From positions 45,297,653 through 45,331,089 of the forward strand of contig NC_068982.1 of the NCBI RefSeq assembly GCF_001194135.2: a stretch of DNA of 33,437 nucleotides, written 5' to 3'. The translations under genes were made by a program, and so were the position numbers. This stretch comes from Octopus bimaculoides (lineage: Eukaryota). Below are positions 1 to 11,014 of the stretch, piece after piece; within the stretch, counting starts at the first letter, position 1; each line of letters starts with the position of its first letter. Under the pieces are notes generated by a model, which did not search any database, was not told the DNA's origin, and worked only from the letters and a program-made list of their open reading frames with translations.

Positions 1-298
1 TCGCGGTCATAGGATCGCGGTTTCGATTCTCAGACCGGGCGTTGTGAGTGTTTATTGAGCGAAAACACCTAAAGTTCCGCGAGACTCCGGCAGGGAATGG
101 TGGCGAACCCTGCTGTACTCTTTCACCACAACTTTCTCTCACTCTTACTTTGTTTCTATTGTGCCTGTATTTCAAAGGTCAGCCTTGTCATACTCTGTGT
201 CACGCTGAATATCACCGAGAACTACATTAAGGGTACACGTGTCTGTGGAGTGCTCAGCCACTTGCACGTTAATTTCCCGAGCAGGCTGTTCCGTTGAG
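1..298 (+). mobile_element. tRNA-derived SINE (family C here), 5' end cut by window edge
   Basis: B-box-like GGTTTCGATTC at about 19-29. The body (GCTGAATATCACCGAGAACTACATTAAGGGTACACGTGTCTGTGGAGTGCTCAGCC...CTGTTCCGTTGA) recurs at 16640-16750 (+) and 19560-19690 (-). Confidence 0.7.
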
Positions 299-617
299 GT
301 GGACACTTACGATGAATATTATCATATTTGGCAGAGTTGATGTGAGGAGAGAGGCAGGGCTGGCGCAAGGTACCGGCCACTAGGGCAGTCGACCGGGGAA
401 CCATGTGCTAGGGGACGTCAAGGAGGGCGTGACAAAGATAAGGAAATTTCCACGACCGTCAGCTTGTACATGCCGAAGTTCAGCTTTCCCGGGGTACCAG
501 CAAATCTAGGGCCGGAAATAATCCCTGAATATAGTGGCATATTGAGCGATGAATCGACTGTCTTACCGAAGGTAAATAATAAAATCAAGACTGATCAAAT
601 TACATCAGAGCTACTTT

Positions 618-775
618 CAGTACAGTCTTAAAGCATGGGTACACTGGGCAGTTGTCTGGAGGGTCTTACGGGTTTCAGGGGCCCAGTTCTAATCTATATA
701 TGGTGTGGCTTGCTGTCAATAAATATTATAGAGTCTAGTGCACTGATTTTCCCGGGGGCTTCTAAGCCGGCACTG
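618..775. mobile_element. hAT-type MITE
   Basis: Imperfect TIRs: CAGTACAGTCTTAAAGC at the left and GCTTCTAAGCCGGCACTG at the right. 8-bp flanks GCTACTTT / GTTACTTG (6/8 match) fit a hAT TSD. Confidence 0.6.
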
Positions 776-829
776 GTTACTTGTGATTTACGTATGAAGT
801 TGTCAATACCCTCAGCTGGGAATAAAACA

Positions 830-1096
830 CAGGATAAAGGATAAAGATCATCCCCGAGTCATATAGACTTATAGGGCCGGTTTTCCGGATTCTCTGGTGT
901 ATATATCCTTTGTCTACCATCCTAGACGGGACGCTGTTCCGTCGCAGGAATACTCAATTTCGTTAGCCGGGTGCACTGGAGCAACGCAAAATGAAGTGTT
1001 TTGCTCAAGAACACAACGCATCACCCCGTACAGGAATCGAAACCATAATCTTACGGTCATGAGTTCAACACCCTAACCGCTAAGCCACGCGTTTCC
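830..1096 (-). mobile_element. tRNA-derived SINE with V-SINE-like central domain
   Basis: Minus strand reads A box TGGCTTAGCGG, B box GGTTTCGATTCC, then GTGTTCTTGAGCAAAACACTTCA and CCTGCGACGGAACAGCGTCCCGTCTAGG, ending in a short (TTTATCC)2 tail. Confidence 0.7.
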
Positions 1097-1476
1097 ATTG
1101 CTCTTAGTTCACACTCAGTTATAGATCTAGATGCTTGGATCACTGGTAGTCATTGATTACAAATTTTTCATGGAAACACCGCTACTAATCTAATTTTAGT
1201 ATCAACTCATTGATAACTTCCTTTGGAATGATACTGGAATGATACTGGATGTTTTTGGTCTCTGTTAACGGGAGGAAGTGCAGATTTTGCAAAAAGTGCT
1301 TAGATTGAGTGTTGGGTTACGTATGTGCACGAAAAGTTGAGGAATGCAGTATAATATCATAAGAAACAAAAAGAGAAAGAAATGCAGTGAAAGTTACCAT
1401 GAACACGTGGACAGAAGAAAATGTAAGAAATAGTCATAGCGACTAATTACTTAGCTTTATTATTAACACAGACAAA

Positions 1477-1625
1477 AGCGACATACTGACAGAATCGTTT
1501 GCGCGTCGTTGGCGTTTCTTCGGGCTCAAGTTCAAATCCCTCCGAAGTCAACTTTACCTTTCGTCCCTTCGAAGTCGATAAAATAAAGTACTCGTTCTGG
1601 GCTCGGTGTAATCGATTGTCTTCCT
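1477..1625 (+). mobile_element. degenerate tRNA-derived SINE (family B)
   Basis: GACAGAATCGTT...GTTCAAATCCCTCCGAAGTCAACTTT...GTCGATAAAATAAAGTAC matches the copies at 23486 and 23855. Confidence 0.65.
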
Positions 1626-2260
1626 TCTCTTATTGTATCAAAATTAGAATAGATCATTAACACTGACATAACATTTTGTTTGATGGTCGTGAATTACGAT
1701 AAAGATTAGCAAACTGAATTTTAAAAAATCCTAGATGTGTAAAAGAAGCTGAATGAGAACATTTCTGAAACGCATTGTTGTTCTTAACGGTACTTTCTCA
1801 AACTAACGGGGTACAGTTTTAAAGAATGTAGTTATTACAACAACCATCAGCGAATCAAAATAGTCATTCTTGTATAATGTTTAGCAACAGTATGTTATGT
1901 AACACAATTCAAAACTTTATGTACAAGTAAAAAAAATTCAATGTCAACTCGTAGTCCAAAATGTATTAATTTGGTTGGCGTCTGACAGAATTACTTTTTC
2001 TTTGACGCTGTGCCGTTTTCAGTTTCTTAGACTTTCGAATTATATTTTGTTGTGACCTAGTTTCAGTATATATTCATTTCTTCTAGGATTTTTTTTTTTA
2101 TAAGAACTAATATGAGAATATTATTTCTTCATTGTTTAATAAAAATATGATCTTCTGCAAGATGAAATATAAGAAAGTATCAATTCCTTTCAACAGTTGG
2201 ATATTAAATAAAATCGCTAACCGCTAAAAGCTGCATAGTAATTGGATAGATCTCGGTAGC

Positions 2261-2667
2261 AAGTTCATTAAGTGTCGCCACCCCAATTGCGGGACTTGCG
2301 TCAACCTTATTGAAGACGCAACATACAAATTCAAATCAGGACAGATTTTTACCATAAAAGGTCATTTTACATGTTCTTCAAAGAATTTAACATGCGCTAT
2401 TAAATGTCAAGGATTTAATGAAAATTACATAGGTTAAACAAAGTTAATTCTCAGAAATAGACTGACCATTCACCGACAACAAATACGAGACACCAGTACT
2501 AGATAGATTCCGCTGAGTGGACACATAGACATATGTGCAAAAAATAGTCCTCCAAATTCCAGGTATCCCCATTCTACATTTGTTCAGTGAATACCATAGA
2601 TGAAACACGGATAAACGAAGAAAATACATTCATGCAAAAATACAAACCAAGACTTAACAAACTTTAA
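2261..2667 (+). pseudogene. Penelope-like element, decayed GIY-YIG endonuclease region
   Basis: Hand translation: KFIKCRHPNCGTCVNLIEDATYKFKSGQIFTIKGHFTCSSKNLTCAIKCQGFNENYIG*TKLILRNRLTIHRQQIRD. This has the CxxC linker and YIG motif with in-frame stops, and is homologous to 13833-13940. Confidence 0.8.
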
Positions 2668-4374
2668 CAGAGTACATATACAAATAAATATTTACACACA
2701 AAACCCATTCTGTCACTTAACACGAGGAATCTACGCACCTAACAACCCAAACTTTAGTCACTGGACTACATACAAACAACTCCTATCCACTCTCCCATTT
2801 GGCAGATTAACTCTAGAGTGCCTTGACTGTAACTAAACATGTTCACTAGACCGCGTCGGCCTTAATTTTCTGCGCAAAACATACTGTCATGTGACGCTAA
2901 TGCGCGGACAAAGTGGGAAGCGTACAAAAGGCTCTAAACTTAATCGTATATATATATATATATATATATATNNNNNNNNNNNNNNNNNNNNNNNNNNNNN
3001 NNNNNNNNNNNNNNNNNNNNNNNNNNNNNNNNNNNNNNNNNNNNNNNNNNNNNNNNNNNNNNNNNNNNNNNNNNNNNNNNNNNNNNNNNNNNNNNNNNNN
3101 NNNNNNNNNNNNNNNNNNNNNNNNNNNNNNNNNNNNNNNNNNNNNNNNNNNNNNNNNNNNNNNNNNNNNNNNNNNNNNNNNNNNNNNNNNNNNNNNNNNN
3201 NNNNNNNNNNNNNNNNNNNNNNNTATATATATATATATATTAGAAATATAATATTTCTAAATCTCTCAGAGAGATTTAAGCAGTAGTGGAGCGATAAAGT
3301 TGTAGTATATTGTCAACTTAATGTGACAATCCCAATAAGGGAACACACTACTGCCGTTTAGCCCTAGGAAGCTGGACCGCTTCCTGTCGGCCTTGACACA
3401 ATTACTGTGTCCTTAAGTTTGCGAGAATAAAAGGATAGAATAGTTTTCTCTCTTCTATTCTTTTACCTCATCTTCCACAATTCTATCCTTTTGCTCTTCG
3501 TTTTGTCTCTACCTTTCTCTTCTTCTTTTGCCTCCTCTTCTCCCACTATTCTATCCTTCTACTCTTTCGTTTTCTCTCTTCCATTCTTTTGCCTCCCCTT
3601 CTCCCTCTTTCTTTTTTTCTTCCTTATCCAGTCTCTAAATATTTACCTCTCCCCTTCACAGTTCTCTGTCTGTCACTTTCCCTAACTTTTCCTCCTTTGC
3701 TCACGTGGTCCCACGTGACCAACGGCTATTCTCCTAACTTTCGTTTATTTCCTTCTTCCTTTTTCAGCTCGACAGGGAAGACATATTGTTTTCTGTCTCC
3801 TGTCTAAGCTTGTTTCTTCGCGTTCGCCACCACAACTTCGTTTAAGCTTAGCAGCCCTCACTGTCCTGTTTTGTCACCATCTTGACCCTTCGCAAGATCG
3901 CAGATTTTATTTTATTTGCTTTGCGGGAGCAACTGTTTTAGCGAAGGCATATCTTGTCGTGAATTGCTCGAAATACGGACTAGAAAAACCAGCCGACATC
4001 TGATAAAGGGTAGTTCCTTGTGTTGTTTGTCTTGTTTTCCATTTTCTTCTTTCGTTGCTTGCAAAAAATGCACTTATTCCATGTCCTCGTTCTTCGTATT
4101 AATTGCTGTTTATGCTTTGTGACATCCTGTGCCCACATATGCATATGTATATACGTAAACATGTATGTACGTATACGTATGTATATATGTATATATATAT
4201 TATTATATGATTGAACACCACGCATCCTTTTTCAAGTAAGTTTTATCTCTCTCTCTCTTTCTCTCTCTCTCTCTNNNNNNNNNNNNNNNNNNNNNNNNNN
4301 NNNNNNNNNNNNNNNNNNNNNNNNNNNNNNNNNNNNNNNNNNNNNNNNNNNNNNNNNNNNNNNNNNNNNNNNNN

Positions 4375-4540
4375 ACCGATGCTGGTGTGTTTACGTCCCC
4401 CGTAACTTAGCGGTTCGGTAAAAGGGTCCGATAGAATAAGTACTAGGCATACAAAGAATAAATTCTGGGGTTGATTTGCTCGACTAAATGCGTTGCTCCA
4501 GCATGGCCGCAGTCAAATGACTGAAACAAGTAAAAAAAAA
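4375..4540 (+). mobile_element. SINE family A, 3' half
   Basis: ACCGATGCTGGTGTGTTTACGTCCCCGTAACTTAGCGGTTCGG...CCAGCATGGCCGCAGTCAAATGACTGAAACAAG; the first part is near-identical to 33360-33437. Confidence 0.85.
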
Positions 4541-6082
4541 AGGGAGACAAAATAAAAAAGGTTTAGTTTCTAACGATCTATCAGGGCGAATGCCGGACAG
4601 AAGGGTCACACAGGAGAGCTAGGAAGAAGGGGAGATAATAAAATTGTGGTGATCCCAAATCGAAGGTGCGCGTGCGTGTGTATGTGCGTGCGGAAGGGGG
4701 CTGGTGATCTTGACGTGTGCGTGTGTGCATGTATAGGTGTGTGGATGATGGTGTGGGTGCTTGGAAGTGGTCAGTTCTAGTGTGATGTGGTGTGGTATAG
4801 TGGTGTGTGGTGTGGTGGTGTGGTGGTGTGTGGTGTGGTGTGATAGTGTTGCGGTCTGGGGTAGGCGGGAGTGAGAGAAGCAAGGGTGGAGTGTAAGGGA
4901 TGGGATGTAAGGAATGGGTGAGGTAGGATGGGATGTATAGGGATGGTGGGGTTGGAATGTGTAAGGGTAGGGTAACGAGGGAGGGGTGACGATGAAGGGA
5001 GAGTGTGGAAGGGGGAAGGTGGGTAGGAGAGAAGAAGGGAAGTAGGTGTCAGAGTAAGAGAGGAGAGGTGGGTGGGAGGAAGTAGTTGTGAGAGGAAGAG
5101 AGGAGAGAGGAGGAGGATTAGATGAAGAGGGGAGGAGAGTTGAACCCATGTGGCGCAAAGGAGTGAAGAGAGAAGATTAATCCCTGTTCACGGCGAAGAC
5201 GGGAGTCCGGATGGCCCCTGTGCAAGGACAATCCGAACACAGGCAGGTGTTGTAAAGAATGACCGGTAGAGAAGAAATGGCGCGAGACCGGGGTGTCGTT
5301 GCCGAGTCTGATGTCTCGGAGGTGTTCCGCGAACCGGTCAGCCAAGCGGCGTCCCGTTTGACCGAGGACAGAGAGAGCAGGAGACGCAGTAGATGACGTT
5401 GCAGAAGTGCAGGTAAAGAAGTCAGTGNNNNNNNNNNNNNNNNNNNNNNNNNNNNNNNNNNNNNNNNNNNNNNNNNNNNNNNNNNNNNNNNNNNNNNNNN
5501 NNNNNNNNNNNNNNNNNNNNNNNNNNNNNNNNNNNNNNNNNNNNNNNNNNNNNNNNNNNNNNNNNNNNNNNNNNNNNNNNNNNNNNNNNNNNNNNNNNNN
5601 NNNNNNNNNNNNNNNNNNNNNNNNNNNNNNNNNNNNNNNNNNNNNNNNNNNNNNNNNNNNNNNNNNNNNNNNNNNNNNNNNNNNNNNNNNNNNNNNNNNN
5701 NNNNNNNNNNNNNNNNNNNNNNNNNNNNNNNNNNNNNNNNNNNNNNNNNNNNNNNNNNNNNNNNNNNNNNNNNNNNNNNNNNNNNNNNNNNNNNNNNNNN
5801 NNNNNNNNNNNNNNNNNNNNNNNNNNNNNNNNNNNNNNNNNNNNNNNNNNNNNNNNNNNNNNNNNNNNNNNNNNNNNNNNNNNNNNNNNNNNNNNNNNNN
5901 NNNNNNNNNNNNNNNNNNNNNNNNNNNNNGGCGGTGTGGATAGTGGTGAGGGGATATCCACGTAGTATGATGTGGCGAACCATGAATTGAGACTGAATCT
6001 CAAAGTCATGGTCGTCACTGCAGAGCCTGCGTAGACGGAGGAATTGGGAATAGGAGATGGAGAGCTTGGTATGTTTAGGGTG
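4541..6082 (-). mobile_element. Penelope-like element fragment (RT C-terminal region, GIY-YIG, low-complexity 3' region), spanning an N-gap
   Basis: Minus-strand HTKLSISYSQFLRLRRLCSDD...RGYP (5930-6080). After the gap: FTCTSA / VIYCVSCSLC / GQTGRRLADRFAEHLRDIR...REQGLIFSLHSFAPHGFN* (frameshifted, YIG codons deleted). A C/T-rich and (CACAC)n 3' tract follows. Confidence 0.85.
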
Positions 6083-6550
6083 GGGGGGAGGAGAAGTTGA
6101 GGTATGAGTGTGAGTCTGTGTGTTTGTAGTGGATGGAGGTGGTGAGAGTGGAATGATGAATACTGAACCAAATAAAAAAACAACCTTAAAATGAACAAAC
6201 AAGAAAAGGAAAATAATTAATCAAAGTTGGTTTTACATACTCTTTCCTACCCGACTTAATTGCAGCTGATAAAGTTCGAAGAACCCCTATCAGACCAATT
6301 TGCTAAGACGGTCTTTTGGTGGGGGTTGGTAAGCGGTGTTACAAATTAGACAGTTTTGAGTTGCAAACGTCACTATACGAGTGACAGAAAATGCAGACTG
6401 ATTATGTGGACCAGAAGAAAGGGAAATGATATGTTGCAAGATTTATGTTAAGACTAATTAACAGAGTAAATTGGAAAATTATTTAAGTTGTACTAAGATG
6501 GAATCTATGTTTTAACTTCTAAAAATAACGAATTATTTTAAGTATTTTTT

Positions 6551-6628
6551 ACCTTTTCTTGTTTCACTCACTATAATGCGGTCATGCTGAAGTACCGCCT
6601 TGAATTTTAGTCGAACGAATCGACCCCA
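6551..6628 (-). mobile_element. SINE family A, 3' terminal fragment
   Basis: Reverse complement matches GGGGTCGATTCGTTCGACTAAA...GGCGGT.CT.CAGCATG.CCGCA...TGAAACAAG. Confidence 0.7.
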
Positions 6629-6632
6629 GTGC

Positions 6633-6675
<43 letters not shown>

Positions 6676-6700
6676 GATTATCATTATTATCATTATTATT
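6625..6700. repeat. (ATT)n microsatellite
   Basis: Direct inspection; it produces the spurious poly-Ile ORFs. Confidence 0.95.
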
Positions 6701-6900
6701 ACTTCCGCCTTAGCGAAGGCAGAGGTATTGTTTTCAGTCATGTTTGTTTGTTTGTTTGTTTGTCTGTGGACAAGATATTTCAAGAACCGCTCGATGGATT
6801 TGGATGAAACTTTCATGGATGTTTAGACGCGTGACTGGCACGAACTGATTAGATTTTGGGATCGATCCACTACTGGACAAGGATTCTGGATTATTTGTTA
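6696..6900 (+). mobile_element. Helentron/Helitron-associated non-autonomous element (HINE/DINE-like) end
   Basis: Hairpin CTTCCGCCTT-AGCG-AAGGCAGAGG, then TATTGTTTTCAGTC, a (GTTT)n microsatellite and CAAGATATTTCAAGAAC...GATGGATTTGGATGAAACTT, the layout known for Helentron-derived non-autonomous elements. Confidence 0.65.
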
Positions 6901-7697
6901 TATTTGCTTTACTTTACATGATTACGATCTTACGTTAACTTTCAAGTTTTTCTCACTTATCTCCCTTTAAGCTGTTTCTAAAGTTTTATTTTCGTTTCTG
7001 TATAATTAATTTTACTCGCGTCTCTATCTTAGTAGAAACTGATGGTTAAAGAAATCAAACTACATAAACAAACGGCAGCAAAACTGTTCAGAAATTAAAT
7101 AACACTAACCTATTTTTATGATATATATATTGTATATTATACATACATGTTAACACTTTACAGTATACTTACATATATGCACAATCTATACCGATATATA
7201 GATGTATGTCTGATTTGTAACACCGTCCTTTGTGAAAAGTCAATTGCTGAAAGTGAAAAGATGTGCATGTAAAGAAAAAGAGTTGTTGAAAGTCTATGTG
7301 AGAGTCTTATGTACGTGCAAAAGTTCATAGACAATGCAAGGTTTGTACGTCGGGACGAGACGAAAAGCGTGTGTGCCGAAAAGGTTGCATGTGCGGGCTT
7401 CCGTATTTTCTTCCAGTTACTTTCCCGGCATGTAGCTGTCAAAATGTTGCGCTTATAGGCTTTCATGGTCGGCGAATACCTTGTGCGTCGGCAGTGTTGC
7501 ATTGTTGTGAAGTGCATCGTAGATTGCATCGCAGTATAGTGCTTTCTGTAGCAGGTCGATGGAGGGTGCATCTTGGTGGTGACGAAGGTTGTCATTAATT
7601 TTCCCTTTGGTTTAGCGACTGTTGATATCCTAGTTCTATAGTTCGAATCATCAAAAGTGCAGCGGCATCTAGCATCAGAAGGTAATAATTCTTTCGC

Positions 7698-7983
7698 TCG
7701 GGGTCACCAGTTGTGACTGTCGGTTCTTGGGAAGGCTGCAATGCTCTTCTTCGGGGTCACCACTTGTAACGATAAAGTTTCTATTTTGTGTAGCGATACC
7801 TGTTATAGTGCAACGTCGAGATTGCCAGTTTGTAACGAGGGAAATTGATTTGTAAACAATATTATGAAATGTCGGAGTCACCAATTGTAACAGTTAGATT
7901 TTAATTAGTGTATTTACCAATTGTAACTGCTAAGATTGATTAGGTACACAATAATATGATATGTCGGAGTCAGCAGTTGTGAC
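7698..7983 (-). repeat. spaced array of six GTYACA + PBS-like (tRNA-Trp complementary) units
   Basis: Plus-strand cores at 7703 GTCACCAGTTGTGAC, 7756 GTCACCACTTGTAAC, 7822 TTGCCAGTTTGTAAC, 7877 GTCACCAATTGTAAC, 7913 TTTACCAATTGTAAC and 7969 GTCAGCAGTTGTGAC. Exact TGGTGACCCCGA on the minus strand at 7698-7709 and 7751-7762. Confidence 0.8.
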
Positions 7984-8199
7984 AATAAAAATTTGTTATA
8001 ATTGTATGTTGTAAGATGGGAAAAATGAACAATGCATGAAGTTTTAAGGAAATATTTATTTACCGTTTCATCACAATACCTTGCCTCGACGGTCAGGTAA
8101 TGATAGATCCAAAAGCATGCGCAGTAAAATGTGTGTTTGTGTCCTCTTCATTGTTTAGTAGTAATTACAGAGAGAGATAGAATGATGTTGTAAGAGAAC

Positions 8200-9245
8200 A
8201 GAATTAGAGCTAGTGAAAGTTGTAGGCTGTAGGACCGTTGTCTCGCAGTTGCTGGCAGTAAACTTAATTTCTCTCGCTGACCATTGTCTTAATAGCTGCA
8301 TTCCTTGTGATCATGATTATAGCAGTCTGATCCACTACATATACCTTTTCACTGAGTTAGTATTCAATGCCTGACCCTGGGCAGCGATGATTAGGTTTTG
8401 AGTTTTCTTTTTTAGGTCACCCTTGCTGACTCACCTCCATGATGCTTCTTGCCTTTTAAGTTTTTAGTTTCACGGTGGAACTGACCATGTAATTCCATGC
8501 GGAGTAGGGTTTATTCTCTCTCGTCGGCTATTTGTGATCGGAATTCATGGGCACTTTCAAATCCATTTTTGGTAAATCCTTCTGCATTAGTAGCATACTA
8601 TAGCAGATCATGTTTGCTGTTTGCCAAATATTCTGCTATGTTTCTTCTTTCGCTTTTGATCCTGTACACTAATCAGCCAACGTCCACCTTTACACCTCTT
8701 CATGTAGAGCCTGTGCACGTTCGCCTTAGGGTGGAGGGTAACATGCTTTGTCATTGTTTTTCTGGTAATGCTATGGAGTTGGTTAATATCCGCTTGTGTC
8801 CATTTCAGGATGGGTGCACTATAGCGGACTACAGCAACTGCCCACATGTTGAGGGCAGTTACAAGGTTCCTTGAGTCGAGTTTTGATTTCAAGAGAAGTT
8901 TGAGGCGCTTCAAATATGCAGTGATGGCTTGTCTTTCATTTCTCTGTGCAAGATATTGTCCAGCTTCTGGATCCCAAGATACTTGTAACCATCATCATCC
9001 GGGTCTTCCATTCTCTTTCCGTTTGGTAATTCTATACCCCTACAATCTGTTCTCCACCCCCCAACCGTTTCAAAGTGAGCACTGCATACTTCGAGATACT
9101 GAATTCCATCCCTATATCCTTGTACATTTGTACAGTCTTAAACAGCCTCTCCATTTCAAGCTCTGTTTTTGCGAACAGTTTTAAATCATTCATGAAGAGA
9201 AGGTGGTTGAGATGAGATCCATTCTTTCTCAGTTCATAGACTTCG
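8200..9245 (-). pseudogene. R4/Dong-clade non-LTR retrotransposon fragment (RT domains 5-7, thumb and downstream)
   Basis: LNHLLFMNDLKLFAK (YMDD-type motif decayed), DIGMEFSISK, LKSKLDSRNLVTALNMWAVAVVRYS...HPKANVHRLYMKRCKGGR, LHGQFHRE, LIIAAQGQAL; frameshifted. Confidence 0.85.
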
Positions 9246-9469
9246 AACACACAAGAATAAGCAAGAGTGACAGAAACAAGCAGTAAGAAGGAAAATGCCA
9301 CTTGTATTTGAACACTATGCAAATTATATTTTAAAAATACTTTTCTTTTAATTTTTCTAAAATTTAATTGTTTTCTATACTTACAGTTGAAAAAGTCTCA
9401 ATGACTGAAAACGGTACTGAAATGTTTTATATAAAATTATCTTAGCATTTTCTACCTTGACTTTTTTTT

Positions 9470-9509
<40 letters not shown>

Positions 9510-9898
9510 TTATTTGTATGCGTGTCTATATGTGTTTGTATTTGTATGTATGTTTGTATTTACGGAGATATACATGTAATTTTATATGTGTACGTTTCGC
9601 AAACTGAACGAAATGTCCAACTTTCGTTACATACTTTTTGCAACGCCAACATTTCACTCTCTCTACCTCTATCTATTTTTTTCCTTTCTCTCTCAAATTT
9701 TCTGTTTCTATTTCTTCTTTTCCCCTTTTTCTTTCTCCCCACCACTTGTTATTCTCTCATTTTTTTCTTTTTGCTTCTTTCGCCTGTAACAACTAACTTG
9801 TGTAAGCATACGCCAGGAGGTTTTGTGCGCGTGCGTATGTGTGTGTGCGTGCATACATATATATGCATTTGTATGTATTTATATTTTGCCTATATATG

Positions 9899-10896
9899 TG
9901 TAGTGAAACTAACACCTCGATCGCCATTACATACAAAACTACCTATCGCCATTAGATACAAAACTGCTATCGCCATTCTTCTCATTTAAATATAAACAAA
10001 CGCGAGCTTAGCAGAGAACCCATTCCTTGTCATCACGTGACTGATTATTATTCGAAGCGGCAACTTCTTCGAACCGTTCCCGCCAGAACGCAAACTGACC
10101 AATCATGGCCCCTAATAAGGTCACGTGATAGAGTATGTTTCTGAAGCCATCGGGAGCCGATAGTTTGTTATAAATAGCTTTAACTCGGCGGCCAAATTCG
10201 TCTCGGTCCAGTTTCTCTTAGAGACTGTNNNNNNNNNNNNNNNNNNNNNNNNNNNNNNNNNNNNNNNNNNNNNNNNNNNNNNNNNNNNNNNNNNNNNNNN
10301 NNNNNNNNNNNNNNNNNNNNNNNNNNNNNNNNNNNNNNNNNNCGTCAACACGACTTACTATGTACACCAAACTAAACCACCGCGGCACATCTCTCTCTCT
10401 TCGATTCTGTTAGGTGACTTAGCTTCACCACGATAATAAACAGACAAGAGATTTCAGCCTGCGATAAACGTCTGTCCTCAAGGCCCTGGCATCGAAGCCA
10501 AAACACAACTAGTGATAAGCTCTGCCAAACGACGAACGACGAACATCTGTATAACAAGAATCACGGCCCGGCATGGATGCCACGACATCACAACTAGTGA
10601 TCAGCTCTGCCACACACAGCCCCAACTCACTTCTTTCACATACAGACTCATACTATTGTGTACTTAAGAGCTGGTATAAAATGCTCACGTGTTATTGACT
10701 CTCTATCTGCTGTAACAACTCACATACACATACATGTATCACTCACATACATACTTTTCTTTGTACGACGGCCTGTCTTTGATTATGTTCTTATATGTCG
10801 CATTCACAATCTCACATAGACATACATCTTTTACGCCACAATAAATATCTCTGTTATTCATCTTATACGGTTGTGGTCTTTCATTACTGGTCATCA
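9899..10896 (+). mobile_element. LTR-like unit 1 (contains N-gap)
   Basis: Starts TGTAGTG and ends GTCATCA (TG...CA). Contains 24-25-bp internal tandem repeats (ATCGCCATTAGATACAAAACT), a CCAAT box, TATAAATAG and a downstream AATAAA. Homologous to 11015-11649. Confidence 0.6.
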
Positions 10897-11014
10897 CTCA
10901 AAAATGGTGACTAAATGCCAGTAATAGACCAACCGTTCTATCAGTCTTTTTCACTACATCTTTTTTCTTTATTTCGTCTGTTTGCCTTCGACAAACCGAC
11001 TGGTGCGAGGCTAG

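Noticed and set aside
356-527. Possible hAT MITE starting CAGGGCTGGCGC
   Set aside because: Right end matches only CCCTG and there is no 8-bp TSD.
3920-4030. Possible hammerhead remnants (GCTCGAAATACGG, CTGATAAAGGG) in a pyrimidine-rich repeat
   Set aside because: Core elements cannot be assembled into a consistent three-helix fold; possibly a decayed PLE tail but unsupported.
4561-4590. Hammerhead-like CTGATAGA...GAAAC on the minus strand
   Set aside because: No stem II or III; the segment aligns instead to 18825-18864, upstream of the real motif.
4581-5158. His/Pro/Thr-rich ORFs
   Set aside because: Translations of low-complexity (CACAC)n and C/T-rich PLE 3' sequence.
7698-7983. True CRISPR array
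   Set aside because: Eukaryotic context, no cas genes, short degenerate repeats and irregular spacers; only the architecture is CRISPR-like.
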